DNA of 62,228 bases, counting the filler. It is 3 parts of 3 records of this genome, joined end to end, with 100 filler letters (N's around TTAATTAATTAA, not from the genome) between each part and the next. Parts side by side here need not be neighbours in the genome. Positions count along the whole stretch, not along the records: positions 1 to 30,616 come from SRR31156797_1180; 2 more parts are not named here. The stretch is one strand, 5' to 3'. Both the position numbers and the translations under genes were made by a program. The notes below the pieces were generated by a model, which made no database searches, had not been told where the DNA came from, and saw nothing but the letters and a program-made list of their open reading frames with translations. Shown here in pieces: positions 8,960-18,967 of the stretch. Numbering within the stretch: position 1 is the first letter of the stretch; every line of letters starts with the position of its first letter.

Positions 8960-10582
8960 CTAATCCAGTTTCAGTTCCGAAAACATCGAACCATCTTCAA
9001 GCAAGTCAACAGCCTGGATCAGTTCATCATCAAGTTTATTAATTACCTGGAAATAGGCATTTACATCCCACAGGTTGCGGGCCATCAGGGCCTTGATCTG
9101 AATTTTAATATTTTCATCGGGATAATAATATTCATCCTCATCACTGCGTGTTACCTCCGATTCTTCGGCCGTTGCCAAAAAGTCTTCATACATCTTATCA
9201 TCCACTTCAAAATCGGCTTTGAAATCTTCAAATTCCTTATATTCCTTCAACAGATCATCACGGTTCTTGTCGAGATAACTCATGGTAAATTCATTAAAAA
9301 CACCCTTTCTTACCAGGTCGGTGTAATAATCCGAAAACCTGGTTGAGTCGATGGGGATAAACACATCCGGCATTACACCACCGCCTCCATAAACCAGCCT
9401 GCCGTTAGGCGTAAAATACCTCAGCGAATCCGGGAAATCGATGCTGTCTGCGCTAACAAGTTCACCGGCATCAAGCCGTTTCTTAAAATCTTTATAGTAT
9501 TCATCCACACCATCTTCATAAGGTTTTTGTATGCATCGGCCTGTTGGCGTGTGGTATCGTGCTGTGGTAAGCCTGATAACCGATCCGTCAGGCAGCCTGA
9601 AAGGACGCTGAACAAGCCCTTTACCAAAAGAACGACGGCCAACCACCAGCCCACGGTCCCAATCCTGCACGGCACCCGAAACAATTTCACTGGCTGAAGC
9701 AGAGGCTTCATTGATCAGCACAATCACCCGGCCCTCGTCAAAATTGCCTTTCGAAGTAGCGAAGAACTCCTCCCTGGGACTGCGCATGCCTTCGGTGTAA
9801 ACAATCAGTTTGCCGTCTGTCAGGAATTCATCGCTCAGTTCAACAGCAATATTCAAATAACCACCGGAATTATTCCGCAGGTCAAGAATCAAATCTTTCA
9901 TCCCCTCTTTCCTGAGTTTTTCAACAGATTCCTGGAATTCGTCCATCGAAGTTCTCGAAAAACGGGTCAACTTGATGTATCCTACATCCGGAGCAGCCAT
10001 GTAATTGGCGTCAATACTGTTCAATGGTATCTTATCACGGACAATGTCGAAGTCAATAAATTTTTCTTTACCGGCTCTCTTCACCGAAACATTCACTACC
10101 GTTCCCTTTTCTCCTCGCAGCCTGTCCATCACATACTGGTTGTCGATGTCTTCGCCTGTAGCATCATCGCCCTCAATTTTTACGATTTTATCTCCGGCAA
10201 TAATCCCAAGCTTATCAGATGGGCCACCCGGTACAGGTGACACCACCAGGATGGTATCATTAAAAATCTGGAATGTCACACCGATGCCTTCAAAACTTCC
10301 CTGCAGAGGTTCATTCACCCGATCGATATCTTCTTTGGAAATGTATGCTGAATGCGGGTCCAGGTCTTTCAGCATGGCTATGATGGCATCTTCAACCAGT
10401 TCGGGTGAGTCAACGCTGTCTACATACGCAAAATTGATGATTTGTAGAGCGGTACCAAATTTTTGAATGGTTTCACGCTGATCATCTTTTTGGGCCATGG
10501 CCTGGTGAACGGTTAAACCAAAAATGAAAAACAGTGTTAGAAATAGTGTTTTGGTAAATGATGGAAGGAAAAATTTAGACAT
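8960..10582 (-). CDS. S41 family C-terminal processing protease (CtpA/Prc-like) with PDZ domain
   Basis: Signal peptide; LDPHS, FEGIG, DLRNNSGG, SASASEIVSG, FGKGLVQ. Confidence 0.93.
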   Translation of the reverse strand: MSKFFLPSFTKTLFLTLFFIFGLTVHQAMAQKDDQRETIQKFGTALQIINFAYVDSVDSPELVEDAIIAMLKDLDPHSAYISKEDIDRVNEPLQGSFEGIGVTFQIFNDTILVVSPVPGGPSDKLGIIAGDKIVKIEGDDATGEDIDNQYVMDRLRGEKGTVVNVSVKRAGKEKFIDFDIVRDKIPLNSIDANYMAAPDVGYIKLTRFSRTSMDEFQESVEKLRKEGMKDLILDLRNNSGGYLNIAVELSDEFLTDGKLIVYTEGMRSPREEFFATSKGNFDEGRVIVLINEASASASEIVSGAVQDWDRGLVVGRRSFGKGLVQRPFRLPDGSVIRLTTARYHTPTGRCIQKPYEDGVDEYYKDFKKRLDAGELVSADSIDFPDSLRYFTPNGRLVYGGGGVMPDVFIPIDSTRFSDYYTDLVRKGVFNEFTMSYLDKNRDDLLKEYKEFEDFKADFEVDDKMYEDFLATAEESEVTRSDEDEYYYPDENIKIQIKALMARNLWDVNAYFQVINKLDDELIQAVDLLEDGSMFSELKLD

Positions 10583-10735
10583 TTTATATACTTTTAGGCG
10601 AATTTATTCATCGTGCAAACGATGCTCAATTTAAAATATTTTAGATATATCGCTGTTAACACTTTTTTTGAATAAGTAATTGACATGATAATTCAAATTC
10701 AGAAGTTGGCCTGACAGCCAGGAAAAAATTTCAGG

Positions 10736-11497
10736 ATGAACAAAGCAGATCGCGCAAGAGCCCTTCAAAGTATCATTTTCCCCACCATTTTTGTTGTTAT
10801 CATTTGGTTGGTGAAGGCTTTAGAATTATTGTTTGATACCAGGTTTTCGCATTTTGGGGTCATGCCCATGAAAGCTGAGGGCCTGATCGGAATTGTGACC
10901 TCACCATTCCTGCATGGCGACATTGCTCATCTCAGTGCAAACACCATCCCGTTTTGGGTTCTCGGCTCATTGCTGTTTTATGTCTATCGCCAAATTTCAT
11001 GGAAAGTAATCACTTTAATCTGGCTTGTTACCGGAATCTGGGTTTGGTTTTGGGGCAGGGAGGCTTATCATATCGGGGCCAGCGGCGTGATTTACGGACT
11101 GGCGTCATTCCTGTTTTTCAGCGGTATTTTCCGTCGTGATGGTAGACTTTTGGCTTTGACCTTCCTGGTTGCATTTCTTTATGGAAGCTTGATCTGGGGA
11201 GTATTTCCGGACTTGTTCCCGGAAAAGAATATTTCATGGGAATCGCACCTGATGGGGCTGATAGCAGGCCTTGTGATTGCTGTATTTTACAGAAACGAGG
11301 GCGGCCCGGTTAAGAAAAAATACAGTTGGGATATTGAAGAAGAAGATGACACACCTGAGGATGATCCGGATGCTTACTGGAACAAGCCCTTACAGAAGAA
11401 ACAGCCCATTAAAAAAGAAAATCCTAAGCCTGCTGAGCCATTGAAGATCAATTACATTTACAGGAAATCCGGAAAAGATGATGATCAGAAGAAGTAG
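10736..11497 (+). CDS. Rhomboid family intramembrane serine protease
   Basis: FLHGDIAHLSAN, catalytic GASG, ISWESHLMG. Confidence 0.9.
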   Translation: MNKADRARALQSIIFPTIFVVIIWLVKALELLFDTRFSHFGVMPMKAEGLIGIVTSPFLHGDIAHLSANTIPFWVLGSLLFYVYRQISWKVITLIWLVTGIWVWFWGREAYHIGASGVIYGLASFLFFSGIFRRDGRLLALTFLVAFLYGSLIWGVFPDLFPEKNISWESHLMGLIAGLVIAVFYRNEGGPVKKKYSWDIEEEDDTPEDDPDAYWNKPLQKKQPIKKENPKPAEPLKINYIYRKSGKDDDQKK

Positions 11498-11517
11498 TTC
11501 TTTATTCATGTTGAAAT

Positions 11518-11680
11518 AGCGACTTGAGCGAGTTTAGCTACTTAAGCGAAGTTGGCGAACGCAGGGACAGATCATGGAAGAATAACCGATAGCTAATTGT
11601 CAAAAAACTCAATAACTTATTAACCGATTAACTTGTTAACGAAAAACTCAGTAACCCAATAACTAATAATCTAATAACAA
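11518..11680. repeat. Degenerate 9-bp (GCGACTTGA-like) and 8/7-bp (AACTCAAT-like) tandem repeats
   Basis: gcgacttga gcgagttta gctacttaa gcgaagttg; then aactcaat aacttatt aaccgatt aacttgtt ... aacccaat aactaat running up to the thiolase ATG. Confidence 0.55.
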
Positions 11681-12865
11681 ATGAAAGAAGTATATATCAT
11701 TTCAGCAGTTCGCACGCCAATAGGGAGTTTTGGCGGTGCATTATCAGGATTAACAGCCACCCAGCTTGGCGCCGAAGCCATTAAGGGTGCCATAAAAAAA
11801 GCCGGTGTGGATGCCGGTAAGGTAGGCGAAGTTTTTATGGGCAATGTATTGTCGGCCAACCTTGGACAGGCACCTGCAAGGCAGGCAGCTCTATTTGCCG
11901 GATTACCCGATTCAGTGCCGTGCACAACAGTAAATAAAGTTTGTTCATCAGGATTAAAATCAGTGATGTTGGGCGCACAATCTATCATGCTCGGCGACAA
12001 TGATGTGGTTGTTGCTGGTGGAATGGAAAGTATGTCGAATGTACCGCACTACATCGAAAACGTGCGCAAAGGTATGAAACTTGGCCACGGTAAAATGGTA
12101 GATGGTATGATAAAGGACGGCCTTTGGGATGTTTATCATGATTATCACATGGGCAATGCCGCTGACAATACCGCCAAAGAGCGTAATATCACCCGCGAGC
12201 AACAGGATGAACTGGCTGTGGAATCCTACAAGCGTGCAGCCAGGGCAACCGAAGCCGGATTGCTAAAAGATGAAATTGTACCTGTAAAGATCAAAACCCG
12301 AAAGGGTACCGTGGTTGTTGATCAGGATGAAGAATACAAAAATGTAAAGTTTGAGAAAATACCGGCATTGCGCCCTGTATTTAATAAGGAAGGAACTGTT
12401 ACCGCCGCCAATGCCTCAACCATCAACGATGGAGCAGCAGCACTCGTATTAATGAGCAGGGAAAAGGCAGAAGCGTTAGGTTTGAAGCCTGTTGCAAAAA
12501 TTGTGGGTTACGGCGATGCAGCAAAAGCTCCGGAATGGTTTACCACAGCACCTTCGGCCGCCATCCCAAAAGCCATTGCAAAGGCCGGACTCAAAATTGA
12601 GGACATCAATTATTTTGAAATCAATGAAGCTTTTGCAGTTGTTTCGTTGGCCGTGATGCAAGATCTTGGACTTACCCCTGAAAATGTTAACATCTGGGGT
12701 AGCGGTGTTTCGCTTGGCCATCCGCTCGGTGCAACCGGAGCAAGAATCCTGGTTACACTCGTAAACGTTTTGAATAAGCAAAACGGAAAGTATGGCGTTG
12801 CCGGATTATGCAACGGTGGTGGTGGCGCATCATCTGTTGTTATCGAAAATATGCATGTTAAATAA
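11681..12865 (+). CDS. Acetyl-CoA C-acetyltransferase (thiolase)
   Basis: [33 protein letters not shown]. Confidence 0.95.
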   Translation: MKEVYIISAVRTPIGSFGGALSGLTATQLGAEAIKGAIKKAGVDAGKVGEVFMGNVLSANLGQAPARQAALFAGLPDSVPCTTVNKVCSSGLKSVMLGAQSIMLGDNDVVVAGGMESMSNVPHYIENVRKGMKLGHGKMVDGMIKDGLWDVYHDYHMGNAADNTAKERNITREQQDELAVESYKRAARATEAGLLKDEIVPVKIKTRKGTVVVDQDEEYKNVKFEKIPALRPVFNKEGTVTAANASTINDGAAALVLMSREKAEALGLKPVAKIVGYGDAAKAPEWFTTAPSAAIPKAIAKAGLKIEDINYFEINEAFAVVSLAVMQDLGLTPENVNIWGSGVSLGHPLGATGARILVTLVNVLNKQNGKYGVAGLCNGGGGASSVVIENMHVK

Positions 12866-12882
12866 TTGTTGCTTTATTCAAG

Positions 12883-12922
12883 AAAATCCTGTTTTGGCAC
12901 AGCTGAAACAGGATTTTTTTTG
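12883..12922 (+). terminator. Intrinsic terminator after thiolase
   Basis: AAAATCCTGTTT...AAACAGGATTTT stem followed by a T-run. Confidence 0.8.
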
Positions 12923-13125
12923 TTGATTTTAAAAATCCAATGGCATCCATTTTTATATTCGAAATCCCAATCATGTCATTAACTTCTAAATTTCAGCAAC
13001 TTAGGCATAATATAAATGTTAATTAAATGATAAATTGCCTTTATTACTTGCTTTCGCCCCGTCTCACAACCTAGCTTTGCTGCATTGAGATTACATACTG
13101 GTCTACTAACTAAAACTGCAGCATA

Positions 13126-13395
13126 ATGAAGCAAGATCTGGTTAACAACAACATCAAATGCCCGCTATTTAAGAATCACCAGTCGATCATCATCTCCAAA
13201 AAGAAAAGCATCAACAACTCAGTCCGCCCGATAGAGAAATCCATTTTTGCAGAGGAAATCATGGAAACAACCGACGAAATGCATGATTGTGAGAAATTTG
13301 AACACCGAAACCTCGATTGCAATACCTGTCAGGCCATTGCGAAAACTCAGCGAAAACTGGCAGAAAATCACATCGAAGTAAAGAAGACCGCATAG
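13126..13395 (+). CDS. Small cysteine-containing hypothetical protein
   Basis: Sole ORF in the gap; upstream TAGCTTTG promoter (13072-13079); four Cys including CNTC. Confidence 0.6.
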   Translation: MKQDLVNNNIKCPLFKNHQSIIISKKKSINNSVRPIEKSIFAEEIMETTDEMHDCEKFEHRNLDCNTCQAIAKTQRKLAENHIEVKKTA

Positions 13396-13451
13396 ATGTA
13401 GGCAAATAATCTGTCTCACTTCAACGCATAAAACAGAATTTATTTGGGTAT

Positions 13452-15518
13452 TTAATTGCTCTGTTTTTCAATCCTGATTCGGGCATCAACCGCAACAACA
13501 TCCTTTTGGTTACCCAAAAACGGGTTCAAATCCATTTCCCGGATTTCAGGTGCTGCCTGCAAAAGCGCAGATAGCCGTACGATGGCATTGGCAAATTTTT
13601 CCTGGTTCACCCCTGCCTGACCACGCGTACCTTCGATGATTTTATAGCTTTTCAGACTCCGGATCATCTCCATAGCCTCATCATGTGTAACCGGAGCAAG
13701 GTGAGCACTCACATCCTTCAAAACCTCGATAAAAATACCACCCATACCACAAAGCACCATATGGCCAAATTTGGGCTCGAGTTTAGCTCCGGCAAACAGT
13801 TCGATCCCTGAAAGCATGGGCTGAATTAAAATGGCGTGTGTGCCATTAATATTCATCATGCGCTTAAATTCAGTTTCCACATGGTCGGAGTTTTTCACAT
13901 TGAGCACTACACCACCCACGTCGGATTTGTGCACCGGTCCAACCACCTTCATCACAACCGGAAATCCCAACTTGACCGCAGCTTCTTTGGCATCGGTGAC
14001 AGTGGAAACTGTGGCTTCGCCAGCTCTTGGAATCCCGGCAGCATCCAGCAATCCGGTTACCTTATCAGGTTCGATGTAGCCATTTTCACACCCTTTAACA
14101 ATTGATCTGATTTTTTCTATATCGATTTCAGGCAGGTTTTTGTCTTCCGGAGAGGGCGGGCTGGTTTGATAAACTCTGCATAGCGCATCACCCAAAATAG
14201 CTTCATCAGGAAAATTCACCCTGCCTTTAGAAAGAAACTCCGCCACCTCATCTTTAGCGGTGAGGATTGACGGCAACACAGGATAAATGGGCTTTTTGCT
14301 GGTTTTCATTTTTTCATCCAGCACGCGGTAGGCATCATATACCTTAATCAAACCCGGCGTTCCGAATATCACAACCATACCATCTATTTCATCAAAATTA
14401 TTGTTTACTGCCTCAATGATGTCACCCAGTTGTTCGGCAGTACCTGTTGCCAGAAAATCAATGGGATTGGCCACCGAAGATCCGGGATACAGCTTGGTCA
14501 ATAATTCATCTGCAGCTTTACCTTTGAGGTGGGGAACCTTTAAGCCACCATTTGACAGTGCATCTGTGAGCATAACAGCAGGCCCGCCGGCGTGTGTGAT
14601 GATCGCAAGATTTTCACCTTTTAGTTTCGGATGCATAAACACCGAAGCCACCGCAATCAGGTCTTCGCGACCATGGCAACGAACAATGCCTGCCTTTTTA
14701 AACAAAGCATCCACGGCTACATCAGAGCTGGCCAAAGCACCTGTGTGGGATGATGCTGCCCGGCTGCCGGCTTCAGAAGAGCCGGCCTTAACAGCTGCAA
14801 TCCGGCATCCTTTGCGAATCAATGAGGCAGCATGTTTCAACAGTTTTTGCGGTTTTGAAATGGTTTCGATATACAGCAGTTTTACGTTTGAACTGGTTTC
14901 CGGATCATAGGTTTCATCCAAATATTGCAGTACTTCTTCCACACCCATCTGGGCACTGTTGCCAACTGAAAAAACGCTGTTAAAGGTGAGTCCTTTCGGG
15001 ATGGCCGATTCCATGATAAAAACTGCCGTTGCGCCTGAACCTGAAATAAAATCGATGCCTTTGGGGTCGAGTTTGGGGATGGGCTCGGTAAATACACTGG
15101 CATGATTAGGCGTAAGTACACCAATGCAGTTTGGCCCGATCAGGCTGCCACCAAACTTGTTGATGGTCGCCACAATGTCATCTTCCAGCTTTTTCCCGGC
15201 TTCACTTTCTTCGCTAAATCCTGCAGATAAAATGATAAAAGCCCTTGTGTTTTTTTGTTCAGCCAGCATTTCCACGGTAAGCGGAACATATTTGGCACCA
15301 ATAGCAATAATCGCCAAATCAACAAAAGGGAGTTTTCCCGGATCCTGGTAGCTTTTTATCCCCTGAACCAGGATTTCTTTTGGATTGGTAACATAAAGAT
15401 TCCCTTGATAACTTGTATCGATCAGGTTTTTGAGGATCTTGCCACCGGGCTTGGTGATGTCGTTTGATCCTCCAACAACTACAATACTTTTCGGGTCGAT
15501 TAATGCTTTGGTTACCAT
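13452..15518 (-). CDS. Acetate/acyl-CoA ligase (ADP-forming), fused alpha-beta
   Basis: CoA-binding domain IGPNCIG, phospho-His motif ASSHTGAL, NPIDF, ATP-grasp HKSDVGGV and DLNP...VDARI. Confidence 0.9.
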   Translation of the reverse strand: MVTKALIDPKSIVVVGGSNDITKPGGKILKNLIDTSYQGNLYVTNPKEILVQGIKSYQDPGKLPFVDLAIIAIGAKYVPLTVEMLAEQKNTRAFIILSAGFSEESEAGKKLEDDIVATINKFGGSLIGPNCIGVLTPNHASVFTEPIPKLDPKGIDFISGSGATAVFIMESAIPKGLTFNSVFSVGNSAQMGVEEVLQYLDETYDPETSSNVKLLYIETISKPQKLLKHAASLIRKGCRIAAVKAGSSEAGSRAASSHTGALASSDVAVDALFKKAGIVRCHGREDLIAVASVFMHPKLKGENLAIITHAGGPAVMLTDALSNGGLKVPHLKGKAADELLTKLYPGSSVANPIDFLATGTAEQLGDIIEAVNNNFDEIDGMVVIFGTPGLIKVYDAYRVLDEKMKTSKKPIYPVLPSILTAKDEVAEFLSKGRVNFPDEAILGDALCRVYQTSPPSPEDKNLPEIDIEKIRSIVKGCENGYIEPDKVTGLLDAAGIPRAGEATVSTVTDAKEAAVKLGFPVVMKVVGPVHKSDVGGVVLNVKNSDHVETEFKRMMNINGTHAILIQPMLSGIELFAGAKLEPKFGHMVLCGMGGIFIEVLKDVSAHLAPVTHDEAMEMIRSLKSYKIIEGTRGQAGVNQEKFANAIVRLSALLQAAPEIREMDLNPFLGNQKDVVAVDARIRIEKQSN

Positions 15519-15610
15519 AACACTGAATTATAAAGGTTTTTGATACTATTTTTGGCGGCGAAAGTACAAAATTTCAATTTGGTGTGAATGGATTAACAGG
15601 AATGCAAGAC

Positions 15611-16330
15611 ATGGTTAAATGCGATGATATATTTGGTAAAGCGTTGACTGATTACCAGTTAGGAGCACGAGGAGGAAAACTGACGGTCTATTCCGACCTT
15701 ACAGAAACAGACATCATCCCTGTTGATCATTTTTTTAGAGAATGGGATGAAATGCCAGGAATTGAAAAAGCAGCCCTCAAACTTTGTAAAGGATCAGTCC
15801 TCGACATCGGTGCCGCAGCAGGGTCCCACGGCCTTGAACTTCAAAAAAATGGCCTCGATGTTACGGCGATTGATATTTCAAAAGGTGCCGCTGAAGTGAT
15901 GAAAAAACGCGGTGTAACAAAAGTGCAGCAGGCCAACTTCTTTCAGTTTACAAAAAAGAGGTTCGATACCCTGCTTTTTCTGATGAACGGAATCGGCATC
16001 TGCGGAACACTGGACAGGTTAGAAGAATTCTTTTTGCAGTGTAAACGATTATTGAATCCCGGTGGCCAAATCCTCCTCGATTCTTCTGACATACTTTACA
16101 TGTTCGAGGAGGAAGATGGGTCCGTCAGCATAGATCTGAACCGCAATTACTATGGTGAAGTGGAATATCGTTTTGGGTATAAAAATGAAGTGAGCCACAC
16201 CTTTAAATGGCTGTTTATAGATTTTGGCTTCTTACAGGAAAAAGCTGCTCAACATGGTTTCGACTGCGAAATGGTTGTTGAAGGCCCACATTATGATTAT
16301 CTTGCGAAACTGACCGAAAAAAATAAATAA
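15611..16330 (+). CDS. Class I SAM-dependent methyltransferase
   Basis: VLDIGAAAGSH, IDISKGA, LMNGIGICG. Start may be 15602. Confidence 0.85.
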   Translation: MVKCDDIFGKALTDYQLGARGGKLTVYSDLTETDIIPVDHFFREWDEMPGIEKAALKLCKGSVLDIGAAAGSHGLELQKNGLDVTAIDISKGAAEVMKKRGVTKVQQANFFQFTKKRFDTLLFLMNGIGICGTLDRLEEFFLQCKRLLNPGGQILLDSSDILYMFEEEDGSVSIDLNRNYYGEVEYRFGYKNEVSHTFKWLFIDFGFLQEKAAQHGFDCEMVVEGPHYDYLAKLTEKNK

Positions 16331-16413
16331 ATTCGAACTTTACATTAAGAATATTCGTTTAAATGTAGTTATTAATAAAATTGATTTTGGTTACGTTTGC
16401 AAAAACTATTTCA

Positions 16414-16821
16414 ATGAGGTTTTTATTATTTATATTGCTTTTTATCGGTTTTATTTCATCTTCCCTGGCTCAAACCGAAGTACCATACACGCTCGAAGAC
16501 CGGGACAGGATAATCCGTGTTGAAGCAAAAATGGAAACACTGGAAGCACAAATGGATGCCCTTGAAACTAAAATGGATGTGAAATTCGAGATGGTGAATT
16601 CACGGATCGATTATTTATTCTGGATCATTGGTTTTTTAGCTTCCCTCATGATTTTCATGCTCGGATATATGATCTGGGACAGACGCACAGCGCTTAAACT
16701 AGCAATTGATAAGGCAAATAGTGCTGATGAAAAAAGTAAGTCGTTGATGTTAGTTTTGAAAGATTACGCAAAGAAAAACGCTGAACTTGCTGAAATACTG
16801 CGAACTCATGGGATTTTATGA
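16414..16821 (+). CDS. Hypothetical exported/membrane coiled-coil protein
   Basis: Signal peptide, heptad-like stretch EAKMETLEAQMDALETKMD, one TM helix ending WDRRT; upstream TACGTTTG promoter. Confidence 0.7.
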   Translation: MRFLLFILLFIGFISSSLAQTEVPYTLEDRDRIIRVEAKMETLEAQMDALETKMDVKFEMVNSRIDYLFWIIGFLASLMIFMLGYMIWDRRTALKLAIDKANSADEKSKSLMLVLKDYAKKNAELAEILRTHGIL

Positions 16822-16899
16822 TTCCGTTGAAAAGCTTAAGCCCTATCTCACCAAACGCGATCCCCATCAAATAAACTGGATGCCAAACATTTCCAAAAG

Positions 16900-17697
16900 T
16901 CAGAAATCCTCCTCCCAAAATTCCTTGCATTTTTCCTGCTCGGCAATGCGCAAAATATCAAACCCCAGTTTGATAGCTATTGCAAAATCAGCACAGGCTT
17001 CTTCCTTTCTACCCAGCTCGTAAAGTGCCAGCCCACGAAGGAACCACAAATTTTTGTTATCCGGGTTGAGGGCAATCGCTTTATCGCAATCGGCCAGGGC
17101 GCCCTCCATATCATGCGGGAAGCAGGTTGCCGCCCTGTTAAGATAAGCCCGGTAATTGGTTGTGTCAATCTGAATATAGCTGTCAAAATCCGGCCTTGCG
17201 TTTTTAGATTGGCCGATCGCCAAATAAATCCTGCCCCGCAGCAAATAATCTTCCGGATCCGTCCCGTTTTCAATTTGTTGGTCCAGGTGTTTTATGAGGT
17301 CCGGATAACTTGGCCGTGTCCAGAAACCGGTTGTGGTTTTAATCCGGCCACCGCACATATCATCCAACACGTCAAACGAAACATATTCTTTGCGAACGTC
17401 CATCAAATATTTTCCAGGTTCAGGACAGGTATTACCCTTAACATCCTCAAAAATAATGGTATCTCCACCAACTCGATATTCACCATGTACATCTATGTTT
17501 CCATCGTTGAGCATGTCAATTATCAGCAGCCCGTTTTTCTTAAATTCGAGGGTTGTTATACCTTCCTGGCCAAACCTAATCCAGTTTCCAAGCAATTGTT
17601 CTACAACCGGTTTTTCAACATGTTCATCTTTTGGCCCCTGGTTACAACCTAACAGGGCAATTGTTAGAAGCAAGCTAAATATCAGTGTATTTCTCAT
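16900..17697 (-). CDS. TPR-containing lipoprotein
   Basis: Lipobox LLGC; C-terminal TPR repeats (YLLRG.., AYLNRA.., WFLRGLA..EEACADF). Confidence 0.8.
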   Translation of the reverse strand: MRNTLIFSLLLTIALLGCNQGPKDEHVEKPVVEQLLGNWIRFGQEGITTLEFKKNGLLIIDMLNDGNIDVHGEYRVGGDTIIFEDVKGNTCPEPGKYLMDVRKEYVSFDVLDDMCGGRIKTTTGFWTRPSYPDLIKHLDQQIENGTDPEDYLLRGRIYLAIGQSKNARPDFDSYIQIDTTNYRAYLNRAATCFPHDMEGALADCDKAIALNPDNKNLWFLRGLALYELGRKEEACADFAIAIKLGFDILRIAEQEKCKEFWEEDF

Positions 17698-17711
17698 TTT
17701 TTTCTGTGTAA

Positions 17712-18761
17712 TTATTTGTCTGACTGTTGCTGGATTCCTTTCTTGATTTTATCCCGTATCTCATCTAGTCTTTTAAGTTTCGATTTGGCCTGCTCACTTT
17801 CTTTCTCGCCTTTCTTTTCTTTGAGTTCCTCCTGAACAGTTTTCCGCTTTCCTTCAATTTCTTTCAACAAATCCTTCTTCTTTTCGATACTTTCCGACTT
17901 ATTGGCCTCATCAAAAATCAATTCTTCAGGCGATGGTTCGCCTTTTTTATTTTCTGGCTCAACCGAAAGTTTGGGAATGAAAACATTGCCATCAATCCTT
18001 CGCTGATTCATAAATGTTGGAGATACGATCTCAATTTTATTTTCATGAAGGGCATCCATCACCTTTCCGTTTAACAGGGAACTGACACTAAAAAATTTGC
18101 CGCTATCCTCAAGAAAACCATGAATCTTATAAACCACAGAAAAATCACCCAGGCTTGTAATATAAACATAGGGATCAGTGAGCCCTGTAGCAATAGCCGC
18201 ATCCTTCAATGCAGATTCGATTTTTAAGCGGGGAACATCATACCCCAGCGATACGGAGGTAGAAATCACCGTATTGGATTTTCGCGTCAGCTTAAGTGTA
18301 TTAGTAGCAATATATAAATTTGGGATCGTCATAAAATTGCTGTCTTCCAACTGGATTTCAATATGGAAAATACCTTTTTGGGTTACCCTTCCCTGGTAAT
18401 CCCCGATTTTAATCAGGTCTCCATTCCGAAAGCGCTTCATGGAATTATTCATGATACCCGCAATCAGGTTTCCCAACAGGGTTGTTGAGCTCAGGGCTAT
18501 ACCAGCACTGATGAGGATTCCCAGGAATTTGAGTATTTCAAACTTTGTATTCTCCTTTTCTGTGGGTAAGGTCAGTACCAAACTCAAAATCCCAACCAGC
18601 ACCAAAAAGGCAGTTATGCTGTGCCTGGTAATCCGCAAGCCTGTATTTACCACCTTCATCCGATTGAATACCCACCAATTAAACCACAACAAAATACCTA
18701 TGATTATCAAAATCAACATCGGATTTTGCAGTATTTTTAGTGTTTCCAATAAGATTTCCAT
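17712..18761 (-). CDS. MscS family mechanosensitive channel
   Basis: Three TM helices, LGNLIAGI, FRNGDLIKIG, TIPN, charged C-terminal tail. Confidence 0.85.
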   Translation of the reverse strand: MEILLETLKILQNPMLILIIIGILLWFNWWVFNRMKVVNTGLRITRHSITAFLVLVGILSLVLTLPTEKENTKFEILKFLGILISAGIALSSTTLLGNLIAGIMNNSMKRFRNGDLIKIGDYQGRVTQKGIFHIEIQLEDSNFMTIPNLYIATNTLKLTRKSNTVISTSVSLGYDVPRLKIESALKDAAIATGLTDPYVYITSLGDFSVVYKIHGFLEDSGKFFSVSSLLNGKVMDALHENKIEIVSPTFMNQRRIDGNVFIPKLSVEPENKKGEPSPEELIFDEANKSESIEKKKDLLKEIEGKRKTVQEELKEKKGEKESEQAKSKLKRLDEIRDKIKKGIQQQSDK

Positions 18762-18967
18762 TGATTAAATATTTGTTTAAAGACGATGAGATTTTATATC
18801 GCCGCTAATGGAACAAACTTAGATAAAAAAAATTTCATCACTAATATGGGTTTATTGGATCATAAAAATCTGCCATCAATTCAAACATATGCTTAACCAA
18901 AACTTTGTATCCTCCTTTGGAGGTATAAAAAAATCTATTTTTGCCGTGATTTACTAAAAATGAAATA

